Of a DNA stretch of 14,960 nt, positions 13,555-14,960 are shown piece by piece. The notes beneath the pieces were generated by a model. It was not told the DNA's origin. It did not search any database and saw only the letters and a program-made list of their open reading frames with translations. The stretch's first letter is position 1. Every line of letters starts with the position of its first letter. The stretch covers positions 1-14,960 of the forward strand of contig JACRKZ010000022.1 in the NCBI GenBank assembly GCA_016235455.1. Reading direction: 5' to 3'. Both the position numbers and the translations under genes were made by a program. The DNA is from Armatimonadota bacterium. Lineage in GTDB: Bacteria > Armatimonadota > UBA10988.

Positions 13555-14960
13555 ATGAACTATCCGCATTGGGATGTGCCCATCCTCGGCAGTGGTCTGG
13601 TGATCGCGCTGATCGCCATCTTCCACGTCTTCGTGTCGCACTTTGCCGTCGGCGGTGGCTTCTTCCTGCCCATGATGGAGTCCGCTGCTGTCCGCCAAGG
13701 CAAGCCCGAGTGGCTTGAGGTGCTGCGGAAGCACACCAAGTTCTTCCTGATCCTCACCGGCGTCTTCGGCGCGGTCACAGGTGTGGCCATCTGGTTCGCC
13801 ATTGGCCTGGCCAGCCCCGAGGGCACCAGCACCCTGATCCACTACTGGGTCTTCGGTTGGGCCATGGAGTGGGGGGTCTTCCTCATTGAGTTGACCACCA
13901 TCGCCGTCTACTACTACCTGTGGGACAAGGTCGACCGGCGCACGCACATCCGCATCGGCTGGCTGTACGCCATCTCTTCGTGGCTCACGCTGGTGATCAT
14001 CAACGGCATCTTGACGTTCATGCTCACCCCGACACCCGAGTGGCTGGACCAGGTGGGCTCGGGCTCCGAGACCTACCTCTTCTGGCACGCGTTCTTCAAC
14101 GCGACCTACTGGCCGAGCCTCATTGCGCGCACGCTCATCTGCCTCTCGTTGGCTGGTGTGTACGCTCTGATCACCGCCAGCCGGCTGGATGGCGAGACGC
14201 AGGGCGACCTGAAGGTGGAGATCATCGGCTGGTCGCGGCGGTGGATGCTGCCCGCCTTCTGCCTGCTGCCGTTCGTCATGGCCTGGTACGTGGCCGTGGT
14301 GCCGCCCGAGAGCCGGGCGTTGCTGACGCGCGGCATCGCCAACTCGGCAGCCGGTCAGTTCGGTGCACCCACCCGCATGGCGCTGGGCATGTTGATCAGT
14401 TCGTTCGCCACGGTGGTGGTGGCCTACCTGTGGACCGGCAAGCACACCGCCCGCGACTTCGGGCTGGGTGCGGCGCTGGGCATCGCCTTCTGTGCCTATG
14501 CGGCCTTCGGCACCACCGAGATGACCCGCGAGATGCTGCGCAAGCCGTACGTCATCAGTAAGTACTCGTTCTCCAACGGTACGCGCCCCGTCGACACCGC
14601 CGAGCTGAACGCCAAGGGCTACCTGACCAACACCATCCTGGCCACGCCCGAGCAGAAGGCCCGCTGGGCAGCCGGCAACAAGGACCTGTATCAGGGCGAG
14701 TTGATGTACCGCGGCCAGTGCCTGTCGTGCCACACCGTCGACGGCTATCGCTCCATGCGCAAGCTGCTCGCCGGCCGCGACCGCAAGGGCATCGAGAACC
14801 TGCTGCAGGTGCTCCACGAATACAAGCCCGACTCCCCCTACATCGGCTACATGCCGCCGCTGGTGGGCACCGCCTTGGAGATCGAGGCGCTGGGCGACTA
14901 TCTGGCGACGCTGAGCGTCAAGCCGGAAACGGCGGCCACGGCCGCCCCGCCTGCCGCCGC
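13555..14960 (+). CDS. Cytochrome bd-family (CydA-like) subunit I fused to a C-terminal class I cytochrome c domain; 3' end beyond the window
   Basis: Manual translation, open from ATG 13555 (GAGG SD) to the edge, 468 codons: MNYPHW...IFHVFVSHFAVGGG, FGAVTGV, WAMEWGVFLIE, THIRIG, NGILTFMLTP, FFNATYWPS, TEMTREMLRKPY (cf. CydA ExGRQPW). Then GELMYRGQCLSCH (CxxCH 14719-14733), distal YMPP and EIEALGDYLATL. Confidence 0.85.
   Translation, partial: MNYPHWDVPILGSGLVIALIAIFHVFVSHFAVGGGFFLPMMESAAVRQGKPEWLEVLRKHTKFFLILTGVFGAVTGVAIWFAIGLASPEGTSTLIHYWVFGWAMEWGVFLIELTTIAVYYYLWDKVDRRTHIRIGWLYAISSWLTLVIINGILTFMLTPTPEWLDQVGSGSETYLFWHAFFNATYWPSLIARTLICLSLAGVYALITASRLDGETQGDLKVEIIGWSRRWMLPAFCLLPFVMAWYVAVVPPESRALLTRGIANSAAGQFGAPTRMALGMLISSFATVVVAYLWTGKHTARDFGLGAALGIAFCAYAAFGTTEMTREMLRKPYVISKYSFSNGTRPVDTAELNAKGYLTNTILATPEQKARWAAGNKDLYQGELMYRGQCLSCHTVDGYRSMRKLLAGRDRKGIENLLQVLHEYKPDSPYIGYMPPLVGTALEIEALGDYLATLSVKPETAATAAPPAA

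Noticed and set aside
1-14960. CRISPR array, tRNA/rRNA, transposase or integrase
   Set aside because: No regularly spaced repeats, RNA gene signatures or recombinase motifs were seen.

Overview
GC-rich bacterial chromosomal window with six blocks. (1) 1-3305, minus strand: a two-gene Hachiman-like anti-phage module. It has a PD-(D/E)xK HamA-like nuclease overlapping a >813-aa Ski2-like SF2 DEAH helicase, which I translated by hand because it runs off the left edge and is absent from the ORF track. (2) A secreted hypothetical protein, then an ECF nickel-type transporter operon nik(MN)QO. Its promoter carries a NikR-type operator (GTAGCA-N16-TGCTAC) inside a 46-bp near-perfect palindrome. (3) A degenerate MNT-like/HEPN toxin-antitoxin-like pair whose HEPN gene is split by an apparent 1-nt deletion. 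(4) Minus strand: a Tat-exported Gfo/Idh/MocA oxidoreductase and a coupled pair of a 60-aa membrane protein and an SPFH lipoprotein. (5) A ~570-bp divergent intergenic region with four DnaA-box-like 9-mers. (6) A tightly coupled respiratory operon: bd-like membrane subunit, Rieske protein, cytochrome b, and a CydA-like subunit fused to a c-type cytochrome (runs off the right edge, also missing from the ORF track). This suggests a c1-less Rieske/cyt b complex wired directly to a non-canonical bd-family reductase. All family calls come from motif recognition by eye; no database searches were run.
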